The notes beneath the pieces were generated by a model. That model was not told the DNA's origin. It worked only from the letters and a program-made list of their open reading frames with translations, and did no database searches. A DNA stretch of 21,437 bases, from assembly GCA_024626585.2 (NCBI GenBank), contig JANKJI020000002.1, positions 30,878,559-30,899,995 on the forward strand. The letters are read 5' to 3'. Below are positions 20,441 through 21,437 of the stretch, piece after piece. Source of the stretch: Ginkgo biloba (taxonomy: Eukaryota > Plantae > Ginkgophyta). A program made the translations under genes and the position numbers. Every line of letters starts with the position of its first letter. The stretch's first letter is position 1.

Positions 20441-21437
20441 CTTCACTAATTTGACATGTACCTTTTAGTCACTTTTATGAAGAGAAAGAATTAGAGGGTC
20501 TTCAAATTTGGATTTCTTAGTGCATTGGGTGAAAGGAGGTCCTCTACACTTTTTATACTTCTTATGGTAGCTATGTAAGCCCTCTCAACCTCTTCTCTAA
20601 GCCAACGTTGGTCTTTGTGTAGGCCCTTGTGTCTTAGGGTGCCTTCTAAGTCTTGCCAACTTCTTAGCAAGTTATATTGGCTCTTAAGGGTTGAGTCTTA
20701 AATCCTCTTATGGGGCCTTAAAGCCTTTTAATGCTTAACAAGTTGTTTGACAAATTTTCTTCCTATTTTATCCCGTAGTGGGGTTTGCTCATGCCTCAAT
20801 ATATTCTTATGATCACTCATTTCAAAGCGATTGAGAAGGGATATGCTTTTTAGTGCTTATTTCCATTAAGGAACAAAATTTGTTGTCTCGTGAGGCCACT
20901 AAAATCTCCAATGCCTTGAGTATATCTTATGAGATGATTGGTTTATGTAGAGAAAGTGTATCATAGGATATGATAAGTCTGGGTTGTAACACAATTTAGG
21001 TGAAACAACCTCTAATTAAATTCAAGCTGAGTATAATGAATGCACCTTAGAAAGAGGATTCTAACAATATATAATGCTTGGGCACATGCAAGACCTCTTG
21101 AATGAATTTCGACAAAGGGATCAAAGCTTCCCACCATATTTGTTGAAAATATTTGTGCAAGGATTGTTGCCACGTGAAAAATTTGGTTTGAATGCACCTA
21201 ATGAAAAGCTATTAATAGGTGTGAGATCTGGCCATTGAGAATCATTTAGCTAATACAACTGTTAAGCGCTCTCTGTCTAATGGGGTGAGGTTTCCTTCTT
21301 CCCTGAGTTATGTCGACATCTTGCAGGGTTAGCTGCCAAATTATCTCTACTATGGCATTAACATCCTCATATCATTCATTCATCTGGTCATTCACAGATA
21401 TCATCAAAACATGGATGATTGGGAAAAACCAACTGCA

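Noticed and set aside
20870-21200. Possible LINE RNase H-like remnant (NLGETTSN..., EDSNNI*CL...)
   Set aside because: The motifs are spread over different frames and too decayed to call without an HMM search.
21310-21437. Candidate acceptors (ttgcAG near 21326, ttcacAG near 21397) for the next SRFR1 exon (ALC.AYCG...)
   Set aside because: Phase-0 translation hits stops at once and does not resemble the expected peptide. The next exon is probably beyond the window or in a gap.

Overview
AT-rich, CpG-poor eukaryotic genomic DNA from a gappy draft assembly, with many N runs including six of exactly 100 N (probably unknown-length gaps). The window lies inside one plant gene on the + strand. Six short GT-AG exons (1411-1497, 12144-12350, 14312-14398, 14481-14580, 15359-15397, 15512-15602) translate to the conserved C-terminal half of SRFR1 (SUPPRESSOR OF RPS4-RLD 1, a TPR protein related to animal TTC13). 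I recognised the protein from remembered motifs, not from a database search. Two expected coding segments are not visible, and phase mismatches point to the gaps at 13794-13893 and 14987-15312. The long introns (one of at least 10.6 kb) hold decayed retroelements: two RTE/RTEX-like LINE ORF2 copies, Ty1/copia pol, Ty3/gypsy LTR-gag, protease and integrase pieces, and LTR-like blocks with tandem repeats. This architecture suggests a large-genome plant such as a gymnosperm (inference). I found no convincing novel multi-gene system. The best leads are a competing frameshifting 3' splice site with an adjacent hairpin, a dense W-box/TGACG cluster in an intron of this immune regulator, a gapless gypsy-gag/copia-pol junction, and an antisense bias among intronic TEs.
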